From Adineta vaga (taxonomy: Eukaryota; Animalia; Rotifera), in the NCBI GenBank assembly GCA_021613535.1, contig CP075497.1:10354001-10418000 (forward strand): a DNA stretch of 64,000 nucleotides. The letters run 5' to 3'. Below are positions 39,539 to 55,088 of the stretch, one piece after another. Numbering within the stretch: position 1 is the first letter of the stretch; each line of letters opens with the position of its first letter. Made by a program: the position numbers and the translations under genes. The notes under the pieces are model-generated. The model was given only the letters and a program-made list of their open reading frames with translations, had not been told where the DNA came from and did no database searches.

Positions 39539-40378
39539 TTAAAATTTCATACATAAAAGATGAAATGGTATGAAAATCAACAATCTATATGATAAAACTG
39601 CGATCGACGAAGCAGATGGTGTTGACGAAGAACAAGTTTTGTTTGTATCTAAACCCGAGATATTGAATGATGAAATCATTGAACTATTTTGCATTTTGTT
39701 GTAGACAGTCTCCGTGAAGCTATCGTTATCGCAATGCTCAGTATTGCATCGAAAAGTCAATTTTCTAGTTGTACCATTTTTATTCGACGAATAAAATTCT
39801 TGGATATTTAATAAATAATCAAATTTTGTTTCGTTGATACATGAGGGCTTTGTCGAGTTATCAATCAGAAGTCGAGTAGAATTATCTTCAATGAAAAACT
39901 TTTCACAAAATTGATTACTTGCACAAGTTAAATTAGGCGCGCAATTGAAAGTAGAATTAACTGCATTGTTAAAAATACTGTCAATTGTATAATTCGCAGT
40001 CGATTCATCGAGTATGAATAATTTATTTGGAAATAATCGATTAAGAAAATTAGTATCGCATCCATTTTTCGCACATGAATATCGAAGTATTGAAGATACG
40101 GTTGCATTGATCGTAAGAACAGTTTCAGTACGAAGAAAATCACTGTCGGTACATTTTTCTATTCCGAGACGTCCTGTAGCAATGTTTTCATTCTGATCTA
40201 TTCTCATGAATACCGAACATTGCGAAGAAGTTGTATTGATCTTTGGACATCCATTCCATGATCTACTTTGGTTCATTGGAATTCCAATGAAAGCACATGA
40301 TTGTGTACAAAGGAATGATTCCGTTAGAGTTACTGTCTCTAGTAGAAATAATAAACAACAAATTTGACCAAAATTCAT
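39539..40378 (-). CDS. Intronless secreted Cys-rich glycoprotein with putative GPI signal; function unknown
   Basis: 279-aa ORF with a signal peptide, two Cys-rich modules ending YSCAKNGCD and FRCNTEHCD, many NxS/T sites, a Ser-rich region and a hydrophobic C-terminus. Confidence 0.8.
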   Translation of the reverse strand: MNFGQICCLLFLLETVTLTESFLCTQSCAFIGIPMNQSRSWNGCPKINTTSSQCSVFMRIDQNENIATGRLGIEKCTDSDFLRTETVLTINATVSSILRYSCAKNGCDTNFLNRLFPNKLFILDESTANYTIDSIFNNAVNSTFNCAPNLTCASNQFCEKFFIEDNSTRLLIDNSTKPSCINETKFDYLLNIQEFYSSNKNGTTRKLTFRCNTEHCDNDSFTETVYNKMQNSSMISSFNISGLDTNKTCSSSTPSASSIAVLSYRLLIFIPFHLLCMKF

Positions 40379-41080
40379 ATTATTGCCTTCTTTTCTGTTG
40401 TGTTCTTTGCTCTCGCGTAAATATTACTTAGAAAGTGAAGATAACGAAATCGATAAGAAACTTTTGATCGTATACGAAGATAATATTATAAAATTTCTTT
40501 CATTGACATCATGTCTCCGTAGTGACATTTTATTTGAAAAGCTTTATTTATTACTAGAATGAAGTTATTATATTACAATAGCTAAATTGATAAAAAGAAT
40601 ACGTTGATTCACTAGTGGTGAATCACTATCAACATATCCTATCCTTTTCGAATGTATTTTTGTTATCTTGTTAAAAATAAACAGAAAGCCAATCAAGTCA
40701 CTATATTTGTATTATTGTATATAAAGAGTAAGAGAAAAAAATAATATCTTGTAGAAAGCAAGTTAATCATTTGTTCGTCGGCGTTTTTTTTCTTCAGTTT
40801 TATTATTTCTGTGGACAATTTGATTCAACTTAATGGAGAAAATCTCGTACGATTTTCATTTATTATCGATGAGTTTGATGGTATCACTTAATTCAATTAA
40901 TTATCATATACTAATCTTATTTTAATGACTTCACTTCATATCGATAGTAAATAAAATAAAACTCCTTCGAATTCGAAAAACAAAACACAAGGACAAGATA
41001 TAGATGAAATGAATGCATCGTATCATATAGTTTAACATCCAATAACTATTCAGCAGTTGATCTCATTAGAAATTCCATTT

Positions 41081-41096
41081 TACACGCCATCTATTC
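41081..41096 (-). promoter_or_regulatory. CTCF/YY1-like motif (GAATAGATGGCGTGTA) about 190 nt upstream of IDE
   Basis: Recurrent motif at the head of the IDE-PSMB1-MCMBP-WDR5 run. Confidence 0.45.
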
Positions 41097-41280
41097 GTTT
41101 TGCTATTGAGTGTAGCGCTGAATTCTGATTCGGACAATTTCGATAAAACGGTCATTTACAGTAAAGATTGTTCATTGGATATTGATATTTTTTTTTGTTG
41201 TTGTCACTTATTCATTTTCTTTTTCTACATCTTTCCCGCCGACATAAGTTGTCTATTCATTTGAAAGTATTTCTTTTATC

Positions 41281-44200
41281 ATGGCTATCGAATCTGAAAA
41301 ACAAGTTTCACCATCAGACTCCATAATTGTTCGTACTGTTGATAATATTAAAAAAAGTGATAGTGACTCATGGAATTACCGTGGGCTGGAACTTTCAAAT
41401 GAGATGCTTGTTGTACTAATAAGTCATCCAAAGATTGATAAAGCTGCTGCTGCACTTGATGTTTCAATTGGTAGTTTAGCAGATCCAAGAGATGTTCCTG
41501 GCATTGCTCATTTCCTTGAACATATGTTATTCATGGGTAGTTCAAAAGTAAATCGAGTTTTACTTGTATTTGTTCGTATATAAAACTTTATACGCTTTTA
41601 GTATCCAGGTGAAAATGAATATTCTAAATTAGTCGAAGGTAATGGTGGTTATTCTAATGCTTTCACAAGTGGTGATCATACAAATTATTATTTTGATATT
41701 AATCCAAGTTTATTACCCGATGCCCTTGATGTGTATGTTGAATTAGGATTTTTTTTGTTGTGCCTTTGTAAATTTATTGATTGATTTTAGTTTTGCTCAA
41801 TTTTTCATTTCACCATTATTTGCTGCATCATCAACAGATCGCGAATTAGAAGCAGTTAATTCTGAATATGAAGGAAATCTATCTAAAGATGTCTGGCGTA
41901 TATCTCAATTAGAAAAATCGACATCAGATCCTGCCCATCCTTATTCAGGTTTTGCGATTGGTAATACTGAATCATTAAGAACTACGCCTAAACAACGTGG
42001 TATTGATATTCGACAAGTTCTTTTGGATTTTCATAACGCTCAATATTCTTCCAATCGAATGAGTTTAGCTGTAGTTAGCAATCGTATGAACTTCATTTTT
42101 GTCTTTTATGAAAATTGAAAATTATTTTATAATTTAGAATCCTTGGATGAACTTCAATCACTTGTGATTAAAAGTTTTAAAGATGTACCAAATAAGAAAT
42201 TAGAAAAACCCAAATATGCGGCTGATCCATACGGAGAAACGAAACGAAAAGTTTGTCAAAGAAGTTTTTCTTTATAAATCATTTTCTGTCTTTCCTTTCG
42301 CAGACAATTCTCTATGTTGTTCCGGTCAAAGAACATCGTCATTTAACAATCAATTGGGTTATACCAGATCATAAAGATTTATATTATTGTAATGTAAGTA
42401 TCGAACAGTTCATCAATCTTCTTTTTAGTTTCATCTCTTGAAGTATATTTTGATTTTTTTCAGCCTGAATCATATCTATCGCATTTAATTGGACATGAAG
42501 GTGATGGATCATTATTATCCTATTTAAAAAAATTGGGTTTGGCTATTGAATTAGTTTCTGGCGAAAAAAATTCAGCGCCAGGATTTAATTTCTTTACTGT
42601 TGATATAGAATTAACCATTGAAGGATTAAGTAAATCATATTTGATGATTGTGAAATGAGAAAATCTGTTCTATTTTTCTAAAACAAAAATAGATCACTGG
42701 GAAAAAGTCATTTATATTGTTTATCAATATATAGCTATGTTACGAAAAGAAAGTCCAAAAGAATGGATTTTTGAGGAATGCAAAGTAAGATAATGATGAT
42801 GAATTGAATTGATCGAATTCATAGAACATTTTTGTTGATATTTAGAATTTAAATGCCATGCATTTTCAATTTCGTGAAAAGGAACGACCGGATGATTTTG
42901 TTTCAAACTTAGCTGGTCGCATGCGGGTAATCTTATATGATAATATCCTTTCGGTTTATCATATGATCAAAGATACTTTATTGTTCTTTTAGGATTATCC
43001 ATTAACTGAATGTCTTTCTGGAGATTATGAAATGCGTGAATTTCGTCCGGATTTGATCATTGAAGCTTTAAATGAATATTTAATTCCAAGTAAAATGAGG
43101 TAATATTGATTTTACATCTTTTTTTTCTATTCTTCATTCAAATTCAAAAAAATACTTTTTTCGGTAGAGTTTTTCTTGCAAGTAAAGAATTTGTATCCAT
43201 TGCTACGGAAAAAGAAAAATGGTTTGGTACACAATATAAACAAGAATATCTACCTGAAGAATTGATCAAAGCTTGTGAAACATGTGAACTTCTTCCTGAA
43301 CTTCATTTACCAACACCAAACGAATTCATTCCAACAGATTTTCATATATTTTCCAAAGAAGCTCATACAACACGACCGCAACTACCAACGAAAATTAAAG
43401 TAGAAAAACAAGAATATTTACTTGATAACATCAAACATTGCTTTCATTGTTCAAGGAAAATGAATTCTATCGACTTTACTATGCAGCAGATACATTTTAT
43501 AAACTACCAAAAGCTTACGTTTATTTCGAATTTCGAAAGTAATTATTTATTTATTTCTGATCTATACAAAAAAATCTTTTTTCTTTTGAAATTTAGTCCA
43601 TTGGGAAGTGTTGATCCATTACATTCCAATATGAATGCACTTTATGTCGAATTAGTTGAAGATTCTTTAACAGAATTTGTTTATCCAGCTCAACTTGGTG
43701 GATTACAATATGAATTATCTGCTTTAAACTATGGAATTCAAGTAAATCAACTTTTTCTTTTCTTGTTAATTGAGATAGATTTAATTAATTCTTTGTTTTA
43801 GTTAACTCTTCATGGATTTAATCATAAAATTAAACAATTATTAGAAACAATTATCGATCGAATGGTCAATCTTGTAGTTAAACCTCAACGATTTGAAATA
43901 ATGAAAGAAAAAGTAAATTAAATGATTTCGTCTATTGAATATAAACGAATGTTCTACTCGATAGATTAAACGATCTTTACAAAACTTTCGTCGTGATGTT
44001 CCATATCAAATGGCACATTATGGTGTAACTTATTTAACAGCTGAACATCAATGGAATAAAGATGAATTACTTAGTTGTATCGATGGTAAATCTTTAAATA
44101 CATTCTATTCATCGTAAAATATTCATTCGTTCATTCTTTTACAGGTATTACAGTACAAGATATAGAAGCGTTTATACCACGAGTATTAACAAGATTTTTC

Positions 44201-45530
44201 ATCGATTCATTAATGTATGGAAATCTAACTAAAGAGGTAAGAAGCATATTGTAAAGAATACGAATGTCGAAGACAATTTTGTAATTTTTAGCATGCATTC
44301 GAATATATAACAATAATTGAAGATAAGTTTCATGCAAAACATTTCTATCAACCTTTATTTCCAAGCATGTGGTTTAATCAACGTGAATTAACATTACCGG
44401 ACGGTTTGTTTTCTATTTACTTCTCGTTTTTCTAACAACTTGTTTTCGTCATTAGGTTGCAATTATGCATATACAATGTTAAATGATGCTCATAAGTTAC
44501 ATGCAATTGAAATCTATCTTCAATGTTTCCAACAAACATTGGAAAATAATGCTTTATTAGAATTATTTTGTCATTTAGTTGATGAACGTTGTTTTGATCA
44601 ATTACGAACAAAAGAGCAATTAGGTTATATAGTTAGTTCAGGTGCACGTCGCTCACGTGGTGTACAAGGTTTTCGAGTTATTGTACAATCAGCAAGGAAA
44701 TTGGATCATGTTAATCAACGTATTGAATTATTTATTGATTCATTAAGAGTATGTGAATAATTTCATAAGATATTTCATTATATATATATAAACTTATTTG
44801 AAATAGGATTATATTGCACAAATACCAGATGAACTGTTTATAAAACAACGAGAAGGTTATATGGTTAAAAAAGTTGAAATTCCAAAAAAAATGCATAGTC
44901 AAGCAAATAAATTCTGGAGTGAAATAACTAATCATCAATTTTGTTTCGATCGACGTAATTTCAATTATTATAAATCTCTTATGATTTTCAATATTTTCTT
45001 CTCTTTTCTAGCTCAACTTGAAGTTGGAATAATTAAATCTATCGAACAGAATGATTTACTTCGTTTCTATGATCATTATATTTCAGCATGTTCTACTCAT
45101 CGTCGAAAATTATCTGTTCATGTTAATCCATCGCCACTAGCACTTCATGTTCCCAATGATCAAACAGCTAAAGAAAAACATCAAGATGAATTAACTGCGG
45201 CTACCGATGAAGATTTACCTTCAACAACTGAACAAGAAAATACGGAAAAAGTGACGACAGAAATCGTTAATGAATCAGTTAAATTAACAGAACAACCATC
45301 GATTGTTGATACAGTAACTCATACAGATTCAAAGGAACAAGTTATACCGGAAAAAGAACTCAAATTAACACCAGTAAATTTCGTTTTCTTCTTTGTTTCT
45401 AACTTTGTTTTTCGAATTTTTCTAGACGGATTGGATTGATAATGTTCATATATGGAAAAGTAAACTGCCATGTTATCCGCTTGCCCAATTCTACGAAAAA
45501 ATTGATGTACCTGTTCTGTGTAAATTATAA
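41281..45530 (+). CDS. IDE: Insulin-degrading enzyme (insulysin, M16A)
   Basis: GIAHFLEHMLFMGS (HxxEH), DRELEAVNSE, SHLIGHEGDGSLLS and FDQLRTKEQLGYIV; ends VLCKL* (PTS1-like). Confidence 0.95.
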
Positions 45531-45667
45531 ACAGAAATCTTTCATTTATATCATTTTTCTTTTTAATAACTTGCATTGTCCTTCAATATTCATTTAATCG
45601 AAAAAAAACGACTTTTTTTCAGATAAACAGGCTTTCTTTCTTTCTTTTCTATCTTATCTAAAAAAAA

Positions 45668-46548
45668 ATGGTTAAAGAACACGGTTGGTATCCATATGAA
45701 TTTCAATCTGGGTAAGTACAGTAACTTTGAATTCTATTTTAAATGAGTTTATTTCGATGTTTTTAGTACAACAGTTGCAGTTGCAGGTGACGATTATGTT
45801 GTTGTTGCAAGTGATACTCGTTTAACGGAAAACTATGCTATTTTATCTCGTACACATAGTAATGTGTATAAAATGTAAAGATTCAATGATAGAAAATCAT
45901 TCTTTTCCATGTTATGTATTCTTTTCTTTTCTAGGCATAACAATTCTTTACTTTTATCAACAGGTTTTCTTGGTGATGTTCTTACCTTGAAGAAAACACT
46001 TGAAGGTCGTATTAAAGTAAGTTTATTATAGAGAATTTACGATAAAATAAATGAATGACACTGTTTTAGACATATGAATATACACATAATAAACCAATAT
46101 CAACACCTGCTTTAGCTCAGATGATTTCAATTATGATGTATGGTCGTCGATTTTTTCCTTACTATACAAATACTGTTATCACTGGCTTGGATACTACTGG
46201 TAAAGGATGTATTTTTGCCTTTGATCCCGTTGGTTCAATGACTCAACAACTGTATGCCTGTGAAGGTAGTGCTATGCCACTTATTTTACCCATTCTTGAT
46301 GCTCATGTAAGTAATACAATTGATTATTTTTATTGAATTTTTCAATAATTTATTTATAGATTCTTGGTAAGAATACGACGCATCCAGGTCCAGTTAAACG
46401 AACGAAGGAAGAAACCGTTAAAATGATTAAAGATATTTATATGGCTGCTTGTGAACGTAATGTTGAACTTGGTGATGGTGTTGTTATTCATACATTAACA
46501 AAAGATAAAGGAATTGAAACTGATGTTCATTCATTACGTAAAGATTAG
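45668..46548 (+). CDS. PSMB1: Proteasome subunit beta type-1 (beta6)
   Basis: YPYEFQSGTTVAVAGDDYVVVASDTRL, YGRRFFPYY, FDPVGS, AACERNVELGDG; ends LRKD*; 5 exons. Confidence 0.93.
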
Positions 46549-46696
46549 AAGATTAACAAATGAACTAGACTTTATTTACGTTTATTGTTAAACAAAAGCG
46601 AATTTTCTTTTTTTTTCAGTTTCTTAAACAAGAACTTTAAACTATTAAAATCATCTTCTTCTTCTTCTGTTCTTCATTGATCGCTTTTTTTTAGAT

Positions 46697-48977
46697 ATGC
46701 CTTTTATTGAAGATTGGATTACGCATCCGATGACAATCATCAATCGGTTGCATGGTAAAACTTCTCCAATCCCTTCGTTTTTCTTTACATAGAGCATTTT
46801 CTTTTAGAAAAATCACCTGAAACTTTCGAACAAAATGTACGAACTTATTTTCAAACAAATATTGATAATCCCGAATTCTATAAAGAAATTCCATCATTGA
46901 ATGATCGTGATGATGAACATCCGTTACCTTCTGGTTGTCTTGTACGTTATCGAGCAATGATTCAAGATATGGCTGATGATGAAATCTATTGTAGTAAGTG
47001 ATCAACGATGATTTTAGTTTTTATTTATTCTTTCATTCTAGCTCATTATAAAGTTCGTTCGAATGATCATCAACAAATTGAAATGGAAAAATCGGCGAAA
47101 TATACGGATTTATTTGTTTGTCCAGTAAAGAAAAACGTCTTACTTGATTTAATAGATTGTATATTAATATTCGTTTAGCCGGGTTATACTGTTATTGATC
47201 AAGAACCACCACGAGAAAAATTTAGTTCACGTCAATGTTTTTCATGTATCCCTGTTCCAAATGAAACAGAATGGGTAAAAGAAGCTTATCGAGCTCATTT
47301 TGGCGAAGAATTTACAATGCAAAAAAGGTATAAATTTATTGCAAATTGCTTTACTTTTGAAGAGAAGTTTTTGATCATTAGATCGATTGATAATTATGAT
47401 GATATTCAACAATTATTAGCACCACTTAAACGTTTGAAAACTACATCTATGGAAACAACTAATGAAACTAACGAAGCAACAGTGAAAACAGAAGCAGTAA
47501 AACCAATTTTAAAACCTGGATATATTGTTAAAGTAATAGAAATGGTTAAAAAATATGTTTTATATAGAAATCTTTCTCTTTCAAATAGGTATATGATACT
47601 ACAGATGATATTTTATTGAATACAATGGTTGAATTTATTGGAATTTATTATGATCATGGTGTAGTTAAAGCTGATAGTTTACAATCAGCGTAAGTTATCA
47701 CTCTAGAAGACAATATTTCCAAATGATTTGATGGTATGAACAAATTTTTAGTATTTTGCATTTTTTTATAGTAATGAAATGGATCAAGATCAATCTTTAC
47801 CTAGAAAAACGATTCATTGTATTCAATACAAGAAATTATCTCATATCAATCCACTTCTTCATCGTCAACCAACTTTCGAAAAAAATCAAAGTAATTTCAT
47901 TCGAATCTATCTCTCCTCTTATAATCTCAATTCTATTTTCATTGCAGTTACAATGGCTCGACAATCTATTCTTTCTTTATTCGAATCGATTTTTCCTAAT
48001 GATAAACTTCTTTGTGAATATTTATTATTACATCTCATTTCACGTACCTATGTTCGTCAACCATCATCAGCTTATGGTAAATTATCATTAAATATATCTC
48101 ATATATCAACTGAACAAATGAATACACTCCAACAATTACTTCAAACGATTTTATCACTTCATTCAATTCTTTCACTTACAGTTCAAACATTGAATACAAT
48201 GCAATTAATGCCAAATAAAAATGTCGGCAAAGACGATGACAATGACAATTTTTTAATGCAAACATCACTTCAATTACCATTTAATTCACATTTACTAATT
48301 GATGAAACTAAAATGGAATGTGGACAATTAACAACACTTGGTAAGTAATTAATAAACCATATTCGTTTTCGTAAAGAAATAAGTGTACATTAACTAGTCT
48401 TGAATCTTCATTCTTATGTAACGCTTTTCCTATTTTCAAAGGTCTTAACAATATCAAACTTCTTCAAGATATTATTCGTCAACAAACATTAAAATATGAA
48501 TTTCATGTCTATCAACTTGATTATGATTGTGATATTCGATGTTTAGTCATTTCATCAACGAAATCCATCTTACCATGTGATGTTTATGTTCGTTATCAAT
48601 CTCAAGAAGAAATCAATCAAATTACATTTCCAGATATATCCAAAGAAGAAATTAATAATATACGTCGATATTTTACTTATATTGGACAACAACTTGAACT
48701 TGATCAAACAATTAATGATATTTCGTCAGATATTAATACATATATTCAAGAAGATTTCGTTAATATGCGTAAACAAAAATTATTAACAAATCTCGATGAT
48801 TTTCATCTTTTACTTGTATTGGCTAGGTAAGAAATAATTGATAATTTGATTCATTCTCATTTTGTAATTGATTTTAGATTAGAAACTTTATCTCATGGTG
48901 AAAATATTTTAACAGAAACTCATTGGAATCAAGCAAAAAATCTTGAATTTACACGACGACAACGTATGAATGTCTAG
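46697..48977 (+). CDS. MCMBP: MCM complex-binding protein
   Basis: MPFIEDWITHP, LVRYRAMIQDM, CIPVPNETEWVKEAY, DKLLCEYLLLHLIS, LQLPFNSHLLIDETKMECGQL, IQEDFVNMR and LLLVLARL. Confidence 0.9.
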
Positions 48978-49181
48978 TTCGTTCTTTCGTTATTATAATA
49001 GTATTATTTTTCTTTCGTTTGTAAATATATTAAAAAAAAAGAAGCTACTGTTGAATGATAGAATCAATCCATTTCTTCTTTTAATCATAAGATTCTTCTC
49101 AATGATGCATATTTATATCTGCTAATTAAAAACTACTCAGGAAATGAACATTTCGATATTTATTTTTCAGATATTCTTTAA

Positions 49182-50258
<1,077 letters not shown>

Positions 50259-50429
50259 ATGAAATTTCTTTTATTGTCTCTATATGTAGATATCTATACT
50301 TTCTGTTTTGTATTAATTAAGAGTTTGTTCTTTATCATATTGTCATTGTCGTTTATTGAATATAAACAAACAAAGAAAGAAAAACGAAATTGAATGAATA
50401 ACATTATTGAATTCCTTGATATATTTCTA

Positions 50430-50445
50430 CTCAGATGTCGCTGAG
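50430..50445 (+). promoter_or_regulatory. CTCF-like motif (CTCAGATGTCGCTGAG) about 155 nt upstream of TTC14
   Basis: Shares the 10-mer AGATGTCGCT with the motif upstream of ATP5IF1. Confidence 0.45.
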
Positions 50446-50597
50446 TATTGTTCGTATGTACTAAAATAGTTGAATGTATCTTATTGGATGTGTTTGTTAA
50501 CCCTATGAAAGAAAGTCAATCATACATACATTTCTATTCTATCTATTGTATTGTTATTCTCGATCGATGTATTTTTCTACTAAATTTATTTGATATA

Positions 50598-53440
50598 ATG
50601 AAATCACTCAACAATTGTGTACAAGAATTCATAAATCAACATTCATCAACGCTATTCCCATCAGACAATACCAATGATACACAGCGTCATCGACTAAGTC
50701 GATTTTCTTCATCACATACTGATAATGAAGATGAAGATCCAAGTTTGTTCATTAAAATTTTTTCTTATCTTTGATAAAATAAATGTTGTTGATGTATAGA
50801 TCTTTTTGTTATCACTCCACCCATTGAATATTTTCTTAATGTATCATCTCGACTTTGTCGAGAGCAGTTTTTCAAGGTAACCATTTCGTTAGCTATTGTT
50901 TTGTATTCTGAGAAAAAAATCCTTTTCTACTTAGTTAATTCGTCCTGGTCATCTTCTAATTTGTAATGTTCTTACTGCCAATTCACGTGATATGCTCTTA
51001 CGAATTCTTTGTTTTGATGATGGACATCGACGAGCATTGCATGATCTTAAATTGACTGTATGTTGAATTTTTGATTTTCATAACTATGCTGAATACTATT
51101 GAATTCTAGGCAACTTGTTTACTAAATACTACAAGTAGTAAAAGTCATAATCATTACGGAAAATATCGATGTAATCGAGATAAAGATGATCTTAGTGATG
51201 AAGATAACGATGATGGAGAATATCAAAGTGGTGATTTTGTACGCGGTAAAGTATTTCTTAGTTGTATATGGATATTTTCATATTTGTATTTAGTATGTGT
51301 GAGTAATATTGATGTGCAAAAAGAAGAAGTTCAAGTTACAATTGATTCATCTACAAATCGTATGTTAAAATTATGATGTATACATTTTTCTAATTCAATT
51401 TTCTTTCGTTTTATTAGAACGTTATCAATCTTCGAAAAAATTGGTATAGATTTTAAACCGAATTTCATTTTTTCAAATAAGGTTTAATTTTTTGTTTCTT
51501 TAGGGTCTTATTAATGAAGATGATTTACCTGCGCATTATATGTAAATAAGAGGAAAAAAAATCTATTCTACAATCCATTTCTTTTGTTATGATCTTTAGA
51601 TTATTGCGTCGACAAGAAGAACAATCTCAATCTTATGAAGATATTATGCAAACATCAAAAGCATTGAATAATCGTGCATGTGTTCAAACACTTTATCAAC
51701 AATTAAAAAAACGATTTGAATACTTTCCTGAAGAGCCGACCAATACAGAATCATCGAATGATATATTATATATGACTTTGATTGATTCATTCAAACGGTA
51801 TATGACGTTCTCTTCTTGAAAGTAGTTTTGAAAAACAAATTTCTTGTATGTATAGAAAACGAATCCCATCCGAGGAATATTTTGATAAATTACGTCAGAA
51901 ACAAGATCATGAATGGGCAATCGAAAGGTAAATAAAAAGACTTGAAACAATGTCATAGTTTATGAATAATATAATGTATGAATTAAAATTTATTCCTACA
52001 TTTTCAGTGTTGCCGTAGGTGTACGATTGATGAAAGAAAATGATTCAACATCGGCCGTACTTCATTTCAATAAAGCTTTAGCAACAGATCCAAAATGTGT
52101 CGATGCACTTGTAGCCCGTGGTGCATTATCAGCCAATCAAGGACATTATAAACGTGCTATGCAAGATTTTGAAGATGCTTTAAAAATTGATCATAAACAT
52201 ATCAACGCATTGAAATATCTACATGATGTATTGAATAATATTGCTGATGCGTAAGTATTAATCAATCAATTCTATAATAAGCATGTTCATTTATTTTCAG
52301 TGCAAATGATTATGATGACGCAATATATTATCTTGAAAAGGCACTACGATATAAACCAGATGATAATGAAACAAAACAAAAATTAGAAATATTACGTACA
52401 AAAGTAATGTTCTGATTTGAATATTGAGTAAGATAGTTGATTTCGTTATCATTAGAAAAAAGAAGCAATACGAAAAATGGAATATGGACCACGTCTACCA
52501 TCGAATTTACAATCGTATGTTTGTTTGTTTGCTTCTTAAATATAAATATCTTCTATGCTTATTTTCTGAATAGATCGTCCAAAGAGATTCGATTGTCAAG
52601 ATCGCCAAAAAGACGAAGATCATCTTTGAAAGGGTGAGAACCTTGGCAATAAATTTTTTTCTTTCCGGCATCCCATCGACATTCTTTTGAGTTCATCGTC
52701 CTTCGACAATGGATCGAAACGAAAACGATCAAGCTCTAGTACAAGCACTAGCAGCAGTAGTAGTCGAACAAGTACATCATCATCATCATCATCGTCATCG
52801 AGTAATTCAACGACGAGTCATTCGATTTCAACGATTTCATCAACATCTGATACGATTGAAAAGAAGAAATCAAAATCAATACCAGTCATTGATATTACAG
52901 AAAAGTATAGATTTAAAATGTCAAGGTTTAATAAATCGAATTTTTGTTTCATCTTAGAGATTCATCAATTACCATTGGAACAAAGTGTGTTTTCAAACGA
53001 GAAATGAAATATACTTATTTCCCCTCTTTGTATTTTTTTTCTGTTCTGAAGTACGACATCGAAATCCTCCGAACACATTCATTCATCAAGCAAAAAATCC
53101 ACTACAGAGGAAACGAATAAGAATGGAAATAGGTCAGTATATTATGAATCATTTTCTTTTCATAACTAAAGTCAATCTTATTTATTAAAGCATGAATTTC
53201 AAATGGAACCAATCACATTCCACTAATCATTCATCAGAAAAGAATCAATCATTTCCACAGCGAAAAACTTTACCATCTACGATTGAATATGCTTCATCGG
53301 TCAAACCACCACAACAACAAAGATCATCATCAGCTACAAAGAAAAACACATCGATGGCAGTCGATCGAGAAGCTGAAGATATTGAAAAACTATATATGGA
53401 ATTGAAAGCAAAACAGTCTATAGAAAAACGGAAAAAATGA
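50598..53440 (+). CDS. TTC14: Tetratricopeptide repeat protein 14-like (S1-like domain, TPRs, Ser/Arg/Lys-rich tail)
   Basis: ITPPIEYFL..REQFF, LGLINEDDLP, LRQKQDHEWA and FNKALATDPKCVDALVARGAL...AMQDFEDALKIDHKHINALKYL. Many small exons; the 3' exon structure is less certain. Confidence 0.8.
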
Positions 53441-53764
53441 GAAAGTACTTCATATCTTTTTTGTTTGTTCGATTGGATATTATTCATCATACGGAAAACA
53501 GGAAAATATAAATAAACTGTTGTTCAGAACAATTCAACAAAATCTTCAAAAGGACAAATGAAAATAATATTGATGTAGATATGGTTGAATATGACGAGAA
53601 TACTTTTAGAGCAAAAATTTCTATTTAGTCTACTTTTCATGATATATTTTTAATGAGTTTAGTGATATTGAATGAGGTAAAAGTTTCATGCTAGGAGTAA
53701 TGTTGAACATATTCACGTAAGGAAACATACTTTCAGATCTCTTTTATACTGGAAACTTTTGTAA

Positions 53765-54530
53765 TACAATTGTGTCGCTAACTGTTAGTTTAACTCTGTT
53801 TAACGATCATTATTCTTGTTATTACACATCGAAACTATCGTTCCATAGTAGATGTTGCATTGTATTTTGTTTTTTTCGTTCAATTGATTGTAATTATGGT
53901 CCGTGTCAAGAATATCCGTTCTACCAACCAACATGTGCTTTTCGTGTCTGTTTTTGTTATTCATATTTCATTCGAGCAATTAGTGATCTGTATTTTGTTG
54001 CTATATACAAGCATCGATTTCTTCTTGCATGGCATACTCATTGAATCTTGATCATAATCAATTGAATGATCAGTTTTTACTTCTAATGGTTTTGAACTCG
54101 AATTTGCAATCCACTTGTGTGTTGTCGCGACTAATGCTATGTCAATCTCATTTTTTTATTATATTTTTATTCCGTTAAATGCTGTATTTATAGTGTATAA
54201 TATTATTTTTTATCATGTTTATCGATCATCTCGTTGAGTAGATGTTGTTCAATGTAATGTAAATTCAAGTACAATTCAACATCAACTATAGGTACCAAAT
54301 GCGAAACACGAGTTAATACCCATGCGACATATGTTAATTGAATTAAATATTATTTCCTTCTGTGGAATACTATACTTGCTTGTTATCATATGGTGTACGA
54401 CACAAGAAAATCCTCCATCCTCATCATTATTACTATTATCGGTAATTTAATATTAGTTTTTAGAACATTGATGATCATCGCTATCCTTTTTATAAATAAA
54501 TCATTGAAAACTATTGTCATCAAAATACAA
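53765..54530 (+). pseudogene. Decayed rhodopsin-like 7TM (GPCR) pseudogene
   Basis: Hydrophobic segments in TM order across shifting frames: CLTIIILVITHRNYRS; CYSYFIRAISDLYFVAIYKHRFLLAWHTH*ILIIIN*MISF; IFIPLNAVFIVYNIIFYHVYRSSR*V; KHELIPMRHMLIELNIISFCGILYLLVIIW. TGA stops at 54042, 54063 and 54235 fall where W or R would be expected. Confidence 0.65.
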
Positions 54531-55088
54531 AATATGATTTATGCACAGTAGAGTTCCTTTTCAAACGAATACTAACCGATGATTGATGTAAATAAGCTAT
54601 CAGTTTTATTTTATCATATGAATTAAATCTTTAGAAAAAGAAAAAATGAGTGGATCTTTTCAGACTTGTGATTTGTTATTTCATAATTGTGACCATTCCG
54701 ACCTCAAGACATCTTCTATGTTTTTCGTTATATTTCTTGAAAACACAGTAAATTACTATATCCTGAAGATGTCGTACAATTCTTATTTACCTCTGCATTT
54801 TGACGCAATTGTACTGGTCTATTATTTAACCTAGTTTCCAACTTTCGATCAATCCATTCACCCATCCACGGTAGGAATAAAGAAAGGAAGAATTTATTTG
54901 TGGATAATCCAATATAATATGTATCACGCAATAGGTTTGAGTGAAGTGAATTGATGATGATGCAAGACAAATTATGATTCAAAAATACTTACATCATCAA
55001 TAGAAAAATGTTACTATAAATAACTAAAAATAGGAATATTTTTATTTAGATCTCTATTAACACAAAAAATATCTTAAAATCCAACAAT

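Noticed and set aside
54728-54982. Minus-strand ORF with GEWIDR, resembling an MFS/ferroportin loop
   Set aside because: It is a single short motif with no further TM segments or coherent exon chain.
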